Origin: Desulfatiglandales bacterium
GTDB taxonomy: Bacteria; Desulfobacterota; DSM-4660; Desulfatiglandales; Desulfatiglandaceae
Assembly (NCBI GenBank): GCA_963666345.1
Contig: OY762721.1
Location: 3,584,001-3,648,000, forward strand
Direction of reading: 5' to 3'
Length of the DNA stretch: 64,000 nucleotides
The notes below the pieces were generated by a model that did no database searches, had not been told where the DNA came from, and saw only the letters and a program-made list of their open reading frames with translations. Of the stretch, positions 63,871 to 64,000 are shown in pieces. Every line of letters begins with the position of its first letter. Within the stretch, counting starts at the first letter, position 1. Both the position numbers and the translations under genes were made by a program.

Positions 63871-64000
63871 AACGTAAAAAAGTCTTTAAGAACCTTTGAT
63901 ACTGCAATTGAAAAGCCGTAATATTTTTGCGATTATGCAGAATAAAGATAATTTATAGCGAGAACTCTAAAAAATGGATGGCTAAAGGAAAGCTGAAACT

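Overview
Bacterial accessory DNA, most consistent with an anaerobic Desulfobacterota-type genome (inferred from gene content and IS styles). Left to right: (1) 3' part of a C10 cysteine protease gene. (2) A SAM-I-like riboswitch with promoter, terminator and antiterminator, upstream of two paralogous 58-aa proteins of unknown function and bracketed by two look-alike hairpins; I rate this the best candidate for an undescribed system. (3) A convergent nuclease-rich region: a BglII-like REase/NUDIX/SRA-HNH trio between 21-bp direct repeats, and two HNH paralogs. (4) IS21, ihfA, a broken replication-helicase gene and a second IS21 end. (5) A ~25 kb IclR-associated anaerobic catabolic cluster (2 OYE flavoenzymes, ETF/FixCX, 2 BKACE, GltD-like, AOR, TRAP, 2 SDRs, hemB, nitroreductase) ending at a tRNA-Arg 3'-fragment att site. 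(6) A Schlafen/AlbA_2 gene plus a REase-STAND (Avs-like) gene. (7) A sulfatase/ABC/MttB-corrinoid/CysD-like/Sat cluster that also holds tdh-kbl, an ORF-less group II intron in kbl and an IS200. Five frameshifts fall in homopolymer runs and may be sequencing errors. All calls come from motif recognition by eye; no searches were run.
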